A DNA stretch of 64,000 bases from a virus. The stretch spans positions 1-64,000 of the IMG/VR virus record IMGVR_UViG_3300022924_000016, one strand, 5' to 3'. The position numbers and the translations under genes are program-made. This document shows, piece after piece, positions 10,973-21,232 of the stretch; position 1 is the stretch's first letter, and the number at the start of each line of letters is the position of its first letter. The notes below the pieces were generated by a model. The model was not told where the DNA came from and did not search any database. It worked only from the letters and a program-made list of their open reading frames with translations.

Positions 10973-11374
10973 TTAGATAAATTTGATTACTTCAACACAC
11001 TTCTTTTTTCTGTCTGTGGGGTGGTTTTTTATCAAGTGTACTGTATTATTATGCATTTCAAAAATATTCCCCGAATCAATTAAAAAAGCTCTATACTCAG
11101 AGTAACCAAATTCATCCTCTGAATTATACTTTTTATTATGAATTCTCAAGAAACCCCTTCCGCTCATGAAATCCTTATCAATATCAAAACTATTAAAGAT
11201 ACTAACCTGACTTCTCTCAATCTTATTAGCTTTTAGTCCTAAGCCTTTGAGAAGTTGGTTTTCTTTTTTAGATGTTGGATAAAAAGTCTGACTTTGCAGA
11301 ATTTTATCTTTCCCAATTTTATTTAGTACCCCTCTTATTTGGGATAAATTAGATGCGTTTACAACTGCTTTCAT
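10973..11374 (-). CDS. hypothetical protein
   Basis: 133-aa ORF with -7 element at 11397-11404. Confidence 0.65.
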   Translation of the reverse strand: MKAVVNASNLSQIRGVLNKIGKDKILQSQTFYPTSKKENQLLKGLGLKANKIERSQVSIFNSFDIDKDFMSGRGFLRIHNKKYNSEDEFGYSEYRAFLIDSGNIFEMHNNTVHLIKNHPTDRKKKCVEVIKFI

Positions 11375-11396
11375 AGTTTTTATGTTTTTAGTTTGG

Positions 11397-11404
11397 CAAA
11401 ATTA
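11397..11404 (-). promoter_or_regulatory. -7 element (TAATTTTG)
   Basis: TAnnTTTG consensus, intergenic. Confidence 0.55.
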
Positions 11405-12215
11405 TTAACTATTTGCCGAAGTTTAACTCTTTATACTGATCTCTTAATCTGTCAATCGGTTTCATAATTTTAAATTCTTTTTGTTATTTAAAAAGACAGG
11501 CTACTATTATTACAGATAAAGCTGTTGTTTAAAGCTCTATTCTGTGGCTTCAGCTGTCTTATATTTTTGCGCGAAAAGGACTAAACAGAAAATTGACAAA
11601 TTCTATCATCACTCAAAAGATTATCATAATAGTAGACTGTTATCATAGTTCTACCAACTTCTACTTTATTAACCACATAACGAGGTTTCAAAAATCCATC
11701 GTTTAGAGCTATTTCAATTACTTCTTTAATGTTTGTCATAACTTTATTATTTTAGTGCCTTAAAACGGCTGTTAGTAGTCTTAATTTAAGTTTTTGGCTA
11801 ATGCTTGTGAATAAATCGGCGGGAAAAAGAGTTAAACAACAATAACATTCGTATAATCAAAAGAACAGTTTCTATCATAGAGTAAAGAAGCCAAATCTTT
11901 AAAGGTAATATAAACAAAACTGTCAGAACCTTCCTTAAATCTAGTATAGCTGTCTAATACCAGTTCAAATTCATAATCCGTATAGCTATCATAATCCGAA
12001 AACTTACAACAGCCCTTATTAATAAGCTCCAAGACTTTTTCTTTTGGTATTTTTATTGTGTCCATATATTACAAGTTTTTAAATGTGTTTATTGGGTATT
12101 TATGTCCTTTTTATACAACCCTATGTATACTTTTACTAATTTAATATATCTATATCGTGCTAACTTGGTATAGGTTTGATTTTTAAATTTTTTGCGGTTT
12201 TGGTGGTTGGTTGGT

Positions 12216-12237
12216 GGGGTTTAGGGGGTTGGGTGGG
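12216..12237 (+). other. G-quadruplex-forming motif
   Basis: GGGG TTTA GGGGG TT GGG T GGG in a non-coding gap of an AT-rich genome. Confidence 0.6.
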
Positions 12238-12295
12238 TTTCTCCTCCACTCTTACTTTGTATTTCAAAGTACTTTTATACAATTAAAGAAGCCTT

Positions 12296-12523
12296 TTAAC
12301 TCGTTAAATCCGACAAATTGTCTTTTATGTCATTACCTCTATCCTTATTGGGGATTGTTTTGGCTTTTGCAAATACAAATCCGTTGTAAATCTTCTCTGT
12401 GAAGGTGTGTTTTGCATTACGTTGCATAGTCTTTTCGCTTATTCCTATCATATTTGACAGTTTTGATGCTCCTTTAGAGTAGAATAGTTCTTTTGTTTGT
12501 ACGTTTTGCACGATGTAATTCAT
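12296..12523 (-). CDS. small HTH-like DNA-binding protein
   Basis: GASKLSNMIGISEKTMQR resembles an HTH (NUMOD1-like); own -7 element at 12555-12562. Confidence 0.5.
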   Translation of the reverse strand: MNYIVQNVQTKELFYSKGASKLSNMIGISEKTMQRNAKHTFTEKIYNGFVFAKAKTIPNKDRGNDIKDNLSDLTS

Positions 12524-13216
12524 AATTATAGTCTTTTTTATTCGTTAGATACGACAAAAGTACTAAATCTATTTGATTCTACCTAATTAAAGTTAATTCT
12601 TTAAGACTCTTTTAATTCTCTGTAGTGTTACGAGGGTATCTAGTGGTGTATTAATCTTTGTTATTTCTATACTACCTTTTACTACTTCCAATGCTTCTTT
12701 TAAAACTGTTTCTAACTCTTCTTCGCGGAAAATACTCTTTTGCAGTTCTGTATGTAGCCTGTCTCTTTCAAATCGTACCGTATCTACTTGATTCTGTAAT
12801 ATGCTTACTATTGATGTTGTATTGTTCATAGCTGTTTTTATTTACTTTGTTTAGTTTTCTTTTTGCGCCCAATTATAAAACTCTAAAACTGCCTCTTTGA
12901 AATCTTCTTCGTCCATTAGGTAGGCATAATGTCCTTCACTTAAGGCTGTATTGTTTGAATACTTTTTGAATAGTTCAGCTATTAGAGTGTTAGCCTTATT
13001 ATTGTTTTCTGTTGTGTTCATGATTTTTTACTGTTTTTATTTTCTCCCCTGAAAATAGATAAACTTTTTTACATGGTAATAAGTTTTACAAATCTCTTTT
13101 GCTTCTTTTAGTGTGTCAGCTGTTATTACTTCTATCGTAACTTCTCCCTCTGAACCTATAAATGTTAATTCGTAATCGTTCATACTGTTTTTGTTTTAAG
13201 GTTTTTCTTCCGCCGA

Positions 13217-13534
13217 TTACAAATCCCAAAATCTTTGGCTATTTTCTGTCACCTGTCTGTTCCTTCTTATTGCTTCGGTCAAATCTTTATTAACATTTAT
13301 CTCGCTAAATAGAACTCTTATGGTGTCACCCATATAAAGGACATTTATAAACTCATGCTCTCTTTTACCTGAATATAAACTATCTATATCCTCTTTATAG
13401 GGTTCTGAAACTATTAGCACTTCTTTCGGATCATCTCCTAACATATTACCTGCCAGACAATAATCTTCTAGCCCTGTTAAATTCTTAGCATAGCTATTGT
13501 CGTTAGGAACGTATTTTTTATTTAAGTAACTCAT
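13217..13534 (-). CDS. hypothetical protein
   Basis: 105-aa ORF. Confidence 0.65.
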   Translation of the reverse strand: MSYLNKKYVPNDNSYAKNLTGLEDYCLAGNMLGDDPKEVLIVSEPYKEDIDSLYSGKREHEFINVLYMGDTIRVLFSEINVNKDLTEAIRRNRQVTENSQRFWDL

Positions 13535-13750
13535 AGCCTTTATATTTTAGGGCAGTTATCCCAATTGATTAAATATTTGTTACAGTTTATTGTGATTGTT
13601 TTTAAGCCTTTTCTTGGCTGTCTTAATCTTGAATCACATATGAGTTTTACCTTTCCTTCTAACTTAAATACTGTTGTTACATAGTTAGAACTGTTTCTTG
13701 TTCTTGATGCTGTTAATGTTTTTCATTTTTTAATTCTTTTTTCGCGCGAT

Positions 13751-14116
13751 TTAAAGATTATCTTTTAAAGTGAAAAACGCTTCGGCTAAATTGTTCCAAT
13801 AGTCTTGGCAGAATTGTTCTTCGTCTTTTATTTTTATGCCCGCGTCTTGAGCATTCTCAATGATTTCATTGTAATAAAATGGCACGCTTAAAACACTTGG
13901 CAAACCTTTCAACCACTCCGCAAAAACCTCTTTCAACGGCTGATTACAGTTATTAGCGTGGACGTATTCCGACTTAAAAATATTGAAGCAAGTTTTGATC
14001 TTATCATAAAGATAACATTCATTTGAATAGCCGTAAACATCAAAGTCAATATTATCAATGATTGTTTTTTCAAAGTGAGTATAAACTGAAGTTTGCATAA
14101 TATTATATTTTATCAA
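13751..14116 (-). CDS. early phage protein (FAEWLKGLPS motif)
   Basis: Motif recurrent in phage early-region hypotheticals. Confidence 0.65.
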   Translation of the reverse strand: MIKYNIMQTSVYTHFEKTIIDNIDFDVYGYSNECYLYDKIKTCFNIFKSEYVHANNCNQPLKEVFAEWLKGLPSVLSVPFYYNEIIENAQDAGIKIKDEEQFCQDYWNNLAEAFFTLKDNL

Positions 14117-14286
14117 TTAACATTTCTAAAGTGTTTAAAACTGCAATAAGAGCTAGGATTATTAAAGCTATTATTGATATGATTTCTCTGTTTAGCCAAA
14201 ACCAATTGTTACGTATTTTTTTGGCAAAGCCTTTATAGATTGTTTTCATTTTTAAACTGTTTTTAAATTCTTTTCTCCCGCGAAAT

Positions 14287-14580
14287 TTACAACCAATATA
14301 AAGTTGTTTCTAATGAATCAGTAATGCACCACTCATTAGCATAGTCTTCACTAATCAAACCATCCTTTTGGTAGCGATCTACTTTGTTGTTATACGCTTC
14401 ACGCCTTGCTGGTCTGTCTGGTACTCCATCACGTTCGTATTGTTTTGCTATTTCGTGTAAATCGTTTAGCTTAAATTCCTGGTCAAATTGTTGCTTTGTC
14501 ATGATATTAGATTTTAGGTTGTTTCTTTGCCTCTGAATACTCTTTAAAAAATTTAACTCCAAAATATTGCAAGTTTTCAT
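14287..14580 (-). CDS. early phage protein (DRPARREAYNN..D...KDGLI); true start possibly the internal Met (MTKQQF)
   Basis: Motif recurrent in phage early hypotheticals. Confidence 0.6.
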   Translation of the reverse strand: MKTCNILELNFLKSIQRQRNNLKSNIMTKQQFDQEFKLNDLHEIAKQYERDGVPDRPARREAYNNKVDRYQKDGLISEDYANEWCITDSLETTLYWL

Positions 14581-14655
14581 CTTTGCTTAATTTGTCGTAA
14601 CTTCCTGAATAAACTTTGTTATCAACTGGACTTTTATAATAAACTAGCATAGCTT

Positions 14656-14928
14656 TTACTTTTTAAATTTATATTCTCTTACGGTTTTACTTTGTTTGTC
14701 GGGCGAAGTTGAAACAAGCTTAACCACAACATAACCCGCATAAGTATAGGCACGTGTAACAGTTTCAGAACCTCCTAAACGTCTGAACCACTTAACGGTG
14801 TCTTCATTTGTAGTTAATCGGTGTTGCTCTTCTGTTACCTCTTCAACTTCTTTGCTTATTTCTTTGTAGGCGTTTTTTGTGCCTGCTTTTTTCTCTAACT
14901 TTGTTTTAGTTTCTATGATTGTGTACAT
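14656..14928 (-). CDS. early phage protein (WFRRLGGSET motif)
   Basis: 90-aa ORF. Confidence 0.65.
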   Translation of the reverse strand: MYTIIETKTKLEKKAGTKNAYKEISKEVEEVTEEQHRLTTNEDTVKWFRRLGGSETVTRAYTYAGYVVVKLVSTSPDKQSKTVREYKFKK

Positions 14929-14932
14929 AATA

Positions 14933-15259
14933 CTATTTTTTTGTAATTAATTTAATAGCTTTTTTAATTGCAGTTTCTATGTGGGAATCATTGCATCCGT
15001 CTGGATAGCTTTTAAAATCGTAATCGAAATTTAAAATATTTTCGCCTGGATTTTCTACTAACTCGCCATCAACTAAGGAAAATTTTCTTTTTAAAATTCC
15101 TTCAGAAATTACTAAACGATTATGTTTTTGTCCTTCTGAAAATTCATTATAAACCATACTATGTAAACGCAAAACGCCTACAGAATCAAGGTCAAAATAT
15201 TTATGAAAAATAGTTAATACTTTAACTAATACTTCAAATTGGTTAACTGGATATTTCAT
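14933..15259 (-). CDS. early phage protein, first sizeable ORF after the promoter cluster
   Basis: 108-aa ORF, C-terminal NDSHIETAIKK. Confidence 0.65.
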   Translation of the reverse strand: MKYPVNQFEVLVKVLTIFHKYFDLDSVGVLRLHSMVYNEFSEGQKHNRLVISEGILKRKFSLVDGELVENPGENILNFDYDFKSYPDGCNDSHIETAIKKAIKLITKK

Positions 15260-15649
15260 AATAATAAGTTTTAAATTGTTTAGTGCCGTTTGCTAATTGA
15301 ATAGCCACAACTATATTGAACGGCTTTTTGTTTTTCTTTTCCCGCATTTCGCCAACAAAAAAGAATTAATAATATATAAAAAATCCCTACTAAATAGGGC
15401 GTGATAATTTTCGATAAATTTAATAATAGTTTTTAATTAGAACCTTAACTAACTATGACTTTTCTCGCACCCTGCAATCGCTCGGCTAAATTAATAGTGA
15501 GTTTTATATGGTACTTTCATAGCTCCCAATTTCCGCAAAAAAGATAAAACAACCGTTTATATCATCTTAATCACTTATTGTTAAAACCCAGGCAAAGTCT
15601 TAGAGAGTTGGTTTAAAGCCTGTCAGTATTTCAAAGGACTGTAATATAA

Positions 15650-16075
15650 TTCTTTTGTAAAGGTAAGCAACTTAAATCTAATAACCTAATTTATTTTGTT
15701 AAATTTTTCGGGCGAAAAAAGAAACTAAACAAAGGATAAAAAGAACTGCTTAACTAATACATTACAAAGATAAGGAAGTTAATTGAATAAACAATAACTA
15801 AAAGTGTTAAAGTTTATAATTAATTTCAATACCTCAAAAAGAACTTTGTTGACTAACAACATTACAAAGGTCAGCATAAAATAATTAAAATAAAAATAGG
15901 ATATGAATTATTATTTTTGTATTACGTGCGGGCGCGATCATATTATTAGAAAAGCATTTGATTTGATTTGTTATTTATTAAATCCTGAGCAAAAAGAAAA
16001 CTAAAAACAGGAGCAACAACTGCTAATAACATAACTAAATAAGAGTAGTAAAACAGTAGCACAAAAGTAACTAAG
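15650..16075 (-). promoter_or_regulatory. cluster of tandem leftward (early) promoters in a ~1-kb non-coding region
   Basis: -7-like elements at 15658-65 (TACCTTTA), 15765-72 (TATCTTTG), 15865-72 (GACCTTTG) and 16062-69 (TACTTTTG); imperfect repeat AAGAACT..ACTAA..CATTACAAAG at ~15741 and ~15839. Confidence 0.6.
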
Positions 16076-16238
16076 ATAGTAACCAAGGCAAGCACTTTTT
16101 TCCAGGTTCAAACTTTTTGGCTTCTAAGGCTCGAAAATAGTTTTGAGATAGCAAGGTAGGGAGTACCAAACAAACAGCCCGTCTTGAACCAGTGGAACCC
16201 TAAGGTGGACAGGTGCAATACCACTCTCAATAAATTTT

Positions 16239-17330
16239 TTATATTAGATACTTGTCTACATCTTCCTGCTCAAATATCCAAGTCTTATTTTTTATTATTG
16301 AGTCTATTATGCTTTCACTTACTTCACAAATTTCAGAGAGTTCTGCTATTGTGTGTTTACTTATATTATCCCTTATAAAAGTTGCTTTGTCAAAGTCAGC
16401 TTTTGTATGTCTATTCATTTTACAGTTCATACTTAAGGGAATCCATCTACAATTTTCTGGATTGTATCCTTGGTCGTTATCTCTTCTGTCAATGGATAGA
16501 TGTTCTTTATATCCGTTCTTTAGAGCCCACTTATAAAACTCTTGTGAGTCGTCTAACCACTCTTTATAAATATCTATACCTCTAGATCCGTAATTTTTAT
16601 AATCCTTGCAGTTTTGATTATAACATCTATTCTTCATGGCATGGAAAATTCTTTTGAGCCTTGAGTTTTTTATATTATTATTTTTCTTTTTACCCGCGGA
16701 TTTAGCACAACAGCTCGAATAGAATTCCGCATTTTCTATGGAATAAGTCTTTACTCCTCTACAAATCCTACATAATAAGTCTATAGAATTATTTTTATAA
16801 TCTATATGTTTTATTAGTTTCTTCGCCCCGTTTTTAAGGTAATGCCAATTTCTCTCTTTAATGGGCTTTCTACATCTTTCTTTAGTACAACTACAAGCCT
16901 CTTGCCTAACTGTCGTTATAGTTCTATTGTATGTTTTAGAACAGCTTACACACTCAATTTCAAAAATTCTATGAGATGCTTGTTCATAGTCCTCATTTAA
17001 AATTTTAAATCCATTAATTATACTTCCAATCTCTATTGGTTCTGGCTTCCTCACTTTGTATCCGTCAGGTTTGTAAACCCAAAGTAAATTATCCGCCTTT
17101 ACATTCATATTATTACCATCCTTATATCCCACATAACTGAAATTTTCAGGGTTAGGTATAAATAATCTAGCAACTGTAATTGCAACTAGGAGTTTAGTTT
17201 CTTTACCATCGAAACTAAGTTTAACTACCCTTTGTTTATTCATCTTAAGAATGTTTCCCGTCTTCTTGTTTTTTACCTCTCCATTTTCATTTACTTCAAA
17301 CTGTGGGTATTTTTCTATTGTCTTAAACAT
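16239..17330 (-). CDS. HNH-family homing endonuclease-like protein (two nuclease-like domains)
   Basis: N-terminal NUMOD4/HNH-like (FEVNENGEVKN...VARLFIPNP...KDGNNMN..ADNL); C-terminal MKNRCYN..YKNYGSRGI...SIDRRDND..Y.PENCRW. Confidence 0.8.
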   Translation of the reverse strand: MFKTIEKYPQFEVNENGEVKNKKTGNILKMNKQRVVKLSFDGKETKLLVAITVARLFIPNPENFSYVGYKDGNNMNVKADNLLWVYKPDGYKVRKPEPIEIGSIINGFKILNEDYEQASHRIFEIECVSCSKTYNRTITTVRQEACSCTKERCRKPIKERNWHYLKNGAKKLIKHIDYKNNSIDLLCRICRGVKTYSIENAEFYSSCCAKSAGKKKNNNIKNSRLKRIFHAMKNRCYNQNCKDYKNYGSRGIDIYKEWLDDSQEFYKWALKNGYKEHLSIDRRDNDQGYNPENCRWIPLSMNCKMNRHTKADFDKATFIRDNISKHTIAELSEICEVSESIIDSIIKNKTWIFEQEDVDKYLI

Positions 17331-17399
17331 ATTTCTGTTTGGTTTTTATTTTTCGGCAATTCTCAATAAATTTTTGTATCCTCTCAAAAGAACCATCTT

Positions 17400-17714
17400 C
17401 TAATAATTATATTCTAACCAATAGTCAGGGTTCTCCTGTAATATTTTAAGTAGTCTTTCAACGTAAGCTCTATCCCCTCCATTCAGAGTTTCAGTCCACT
17501 TAAAAGCTTTTTTATCAAAGTTCAGAGGCCTGTAATACTCTTCCCAATCTAATTCTTTACCACTACTTAAGGTTTCTAATTCTATATTTCTAGAGATTTC
17601 ATATCTTATGCTATACCTTGTAGAATCCCAATCTTCTATTTCTGGTGATACAGTATTTAGATAGCCGTTGTCTTTTATTCCTATGTGTTTTATTATGTTT
17701 AAATCTAATCCCAT
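17400..17714 (-). CDS. hypothetical protein
   Basis: 104-aa ORF starting MGLD. Confidence 0.6.
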   Translation of the reverse strand: MGLDLNIIKHIGIKDNGYLNTVSPEIEDWDSTRYSIRYEISRNIELETLSSGKELDWEEYYRPLNFDKKAFKWTETLNGGDRAYVERLLKILQENPDYWLEYNY

Positions 17715-18538
17715 TTTTAATTTTCTTTTTTCGGCGGTTTTATTATACTCTCTATGAGTTTTTATGTACTCACAACTTATTTAAACCCTTTTCTCAAACT
17801 ATTGATAGCAATATACCACTTGTAAAATTATCGTCTCTCTAATCAGTTAAAATCAAATGTCTTCTTTTTCTATTATATTCTCTATACTTATCAGACATAT
17901 AGTTTTCTACTCTTATAATGTAATCGAAGTGTACTAACCACATAGAATCTTCTTCTAAGTTTAATACGTGTGCCATTTGCGCATCTCCATCAATTAAGCT
18001 TACCTTGCATACATCTACTGTTCTATTCTTATATATCCAAATAATTGAATTTTCTTGTATTTGGTTTTCTACTGTTGGTATTACTTTATTATCTTTTTGT
18101 TCTAGTTGTTCCATTTTTAGTTTTCTTTTTGCGTGATTAATTCGGGAGCCTCTTCTCGCCATGCCGTAAAGCAATTAGCATCGTCGTTCTCTGCTTTTTC
18201 AAATCCCTTGTAAAAACATTTTTTACCAAAGGCTATTAAATCTTCTTTTTGTATAGTTTTTCATTTGTTTTATTTTTTATCCGCCAATTTTTAAAATTAA
18301 AGATATTTTACAGTCCTTACTATGTCATTGACAACATCTCCAAAGCATATTACTGTTGGTTGTGAGTATCTTTGTTCTAATGTTTTAAACTCAGGAGTTT
18401 CTTTCAACCCTTCTCTTACCATTTTAGCCATATCCTGTAATCCTTGAGTATGTTGTTTTTGCAAGTCATTTAATTTTGACAATTCTTTGCAATGGGTTAT
18501 CAGTTTTTGTATTACGTCTTGTTTATTCATTTTTATTT

Positions 18539-18883
18539 TTAAATTAATTCTTTCCCCGCCAAACTAAAATATAGATTCTGAAGTTGGTGTACGTACTCGC
18601 AGTTTAAGCTAAAAGAGTGGTCTGCGATATTTATAACCTCTCTTAATTCCGCTTTGCCTTCTATACTTAAAACTAGATAACAATATTCTTGAATTTGAAT
18701 TGAAAAATTTCCATAAGTGTCATCTCTAAATCCGTTGTTAATAAGAAACTCTTTTGTTAGGGGAATTCCTTGATATTCAGAAGCTATGTTTTTATTTATC
18801 CTAGTAGTACTTAGTCTACTTACTGTTTCTGTCCAGCCGTTTCTTAGTAGTAGGTTGCCTAGTCTTAATTCTTTTATTTTCAT
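18539..18883 (-). CDS. YopX-like/Bacteroidota phage conserved protein
   Basis: ELRLGN...IPLTKEFL..NGF...YVHQLQNLYFSL.G.EL signature. Confidence 0.65.
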   Translation of the reverse strand: MKIKELRLGNLLLRNGWTETVSRLSTTRINKNIASEYQGIPLTKEFLINNGFRDDTYGNFSIQIQEYCYLVLSIEGKAELREVINIADHSFSLNCEYVHQLQNLYFSLAGKELI

Positions 18884-18898
18884 CTTTTTTCCGCGATT

Positions 18899-19288
18899 TT
18901 AATATTTATCTAAAGTTTGTTTTAAGTACTTCCAGATTTTAGGGGCTTTATTAGGCAAATCAGCCAGTCCTACACCAATTTGAGGTATAACTAAAGCTCT
19001 GTATTTCTCGCTTTTTAGAGCCAAATCTACTTTTTCAATATCACTGTTAAATTCTAATAACCAACTGTCAAAATCTGAGTCCTTGTAAAAACTGCTATAT
19101 TGATTGCTAGGGTATTTCTTTGAGAGTATTCCTATGGCATTTTCTTCCCCTCTCATTTCTTTAGCCTGCCCGCCTAGTCCTTTTCTTAAAAGATTATCGC
19201 CAAATAAATAAAGTACATCTAGATTTTGTTTTAACTTCTCCCTCTTTATTATTTTTTCAGTTCTATAAACTGTTATATTGTTTTTCAT
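18899..19288 (-). CDS. macro-domain-like protein
   Basis: YLFGDN..R.G.GGQA...NAIGI and P.IGVGLA (macrodomain-type GxGxA loop). Confidence 0.55.
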   Translation of the reverse strand: MKNNITVYRTEKIIKREKLKQNLDVLYLFGDNLLRKGLGGQAKEMRGEENAIGILSKKYPSNQYSSFYKDSDFDSWLLEFNSDIEKVDLALKSEKYRALVIPQIGVGLADLPNKAPKIWKYLKQTLDKY

Positions 19289-19289
19289 T

Positions 19290-19616
19290 TTAAAAACTTA
19301 TTCTTAAAGCTCTAAACCAATTCAATAATTTTAGATATTTCTTTTCAAAACTGTACCCCCAATTACCCGTGAACAAGAAATTAATAGGAAGTAGGAGAAA
19401 CATCAAAATCATAGTCAATATAGCAAAAGGTAATGTCAATCTAGTCCAAAAACTTACAGGCACTTTCTCTTCAGAATAGAAATCCATTTTCATAGCTATA
19501 AACCTGTCACATAGTTCTTCACTGCTTACTTTATTTAATTCTGGAAACAACTCCTTGAATCTTGGGATGTAATTTAGGTCGCTATGAGACCATGTTCTTT
19601 TAAGTTTTCTGTACAT
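19290..19616 (-). CDS. membrane protein
   Basis: RLTLPFAILTMILMFLLLPINF TM segment. Confidence 0.65.
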   Translation of the reverse strand: MYRKLKRTWSHSDLNYIPRFKELFPELNKVSSEELCDRFIAMKMDFYSEEKVPVSFWTRLTLPFAILTMILMFLLLPINFLFTGNWGYSFEKKYLKLLNWFRALRISF

Positions 19617-20509
19617 TTTTATTCGTGTATAATATATTAGTTATTTTAGTTATAATTTACTTTAATTGGATAATATGTTATCTATTCTAAGTTTTTAACA
19701 AGGATATTATAGTAGTTAAATCCGCTTTCTAATATTTCAAAATCAGTTTTAGAAGCTTTCTCTTTAAAACCTATCAGTTTTATGGGATGCCCCTCATAAT
19801 AATCAATTATTATCTCTGCATTCTGATTGTTTCTAACTACTTCACTATCTGTAATAAACTTTGATAAATTCATATTAAATATATTAAAATTTCACTTCCT
19901 ATGTGATTTCCATCTCGAAATCTATGAGATTTTATTTCTTCTTCTATTTGAAACCTTTCTTTTAAGGATTTATCAGAGCAATTTCCCCAACTGTCAGTTT
20001 TTTCTTTTGTAAGTAGTATTTCTTTACTACTGAGTCTTTCTATTTTTATCATCTTTTAAAAATTAATTCTGAACTTACATCACTACCATTAGACAAACGA
20101 AATTGACCTAGAAAAATACTGTAGTTGGTTATTATCAGAGTATCTTTTCCTAATACTACAGTTTTGCCTAAATTCTCTTGATATTTTTCTCTTTCTGCGC
20201 GATTTTGGCTATCAAATTCTGTAGCTATTGCTAAAAGAATTGTTATTGACACTATAGCTAGAATTGAAAACAGTAAAATTAATTTTTTCATATAATCACT
20301 TTATTATTTTATAAACTCGGTTCCTCTTGAAAGACTTTGTGGATCATACCACTCTTTGCAAATCAAAACTGTTTCTCTAGATTTTAATTCTTTTAATATT
20401 TCTGATCCTTGCTTCTCACCAAAACGTTTTAAAATATAATCCTCGTCTTCATAAGGACTTAGAGAGTACTCTTTTAGATTTTCTGGCGGATCATAAGTTT
20501 TTATTATTT

Positions 20510-21232
20510 TCATAGACCTAAAGAGGCTTTAACTTTTTTATGCGCCAATTCTTTTATGACATCATCTGTCAACATTTCTTTAGCTTTATCTACAATGAGC
20601 TGTTTTAAATCCATATCTTCCATAGCAACTTTCAAGCCCTCTCTAAAACAGTTCTCTAAAGCCCAGTCAAACGCATCTTCAAATTTATTAGCTTTATTGC
20701 TAACCCAAGATTTTTTAAAGTACTCATCTAAACTGTTATTTATATTTTCTCGGTTTTTGTCAACTGCCTTCAAAACCATTTGCTTCATTGATTCTAAAGC
20801 CATCTCTTTTAATTCTGCTACTGTAAATTCTATCTTATCCATTTTTAAAGTGTTTCTGTAATTGTTTTTTTTAAATTCTTTCTCCACCATTTCTAAGTTC
20901 TCCTTAGACTTTTTTAAACTAAGTCTCTGCTGTTCTTTTAATTCCTCAGGCTTTAATATAAAATTCGCCAAAGACAGTTGAAAAGAAGAGTCGGATAGGC
21001 AAGCTTCATACCAATTAAATAGATTATCTTTTGATATGCTATATCTAAAACAGTCTAATACATTCTGAAAATCAAAAAAATAATCTGCAAATTCAAAAAC
21101 TGTTCCTATATCTCCCGCAACCCAATAATAATCCAAATCCTCATCCAAGCTTAGATTAAAATACTTCTTAATCCACTCTTGAGTAATTTTTTCTGTTAAT
21201 TTATTCCAATCTTCTATCATACTTTTAACCAC
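20510..21232 (-). CDS. hypothetical; probably two genes fused through an A8 tract
   Basis: Removing one A from the A8 (20865-20872) gives TAA followed 2 nt later by the ATG of MDKIEF. Confidence 0.55.
   Translation of the reverse strand: MVKSMIEDWNKLTEKITQEWIKKYFNLSLDEDLDYYWVAGDIGTVFEFADYFFDFQNVLDCFRYSISKDNLFNWYEACLSDSSFQLSLANFILKPEELKEQQRLSLKKSKENLEMVEKEFKKNNYRNTLKMDKIEFTVAELKEMALESMKQMVLKAVDKNRENINNSLDEYFKKSWVSNKANKFEDAFDWALENCFREGLKVAMEDMDLKQLIVDKAKEMLTDDVIKELAHKKVKASLGL

Noticed and set aside
12211-12402. Plus-strand ORF starting in the G-rich tract
   Set aside because: Wrong strand for the region, overlaps 12296-12523, and arises from low-complexity sequence
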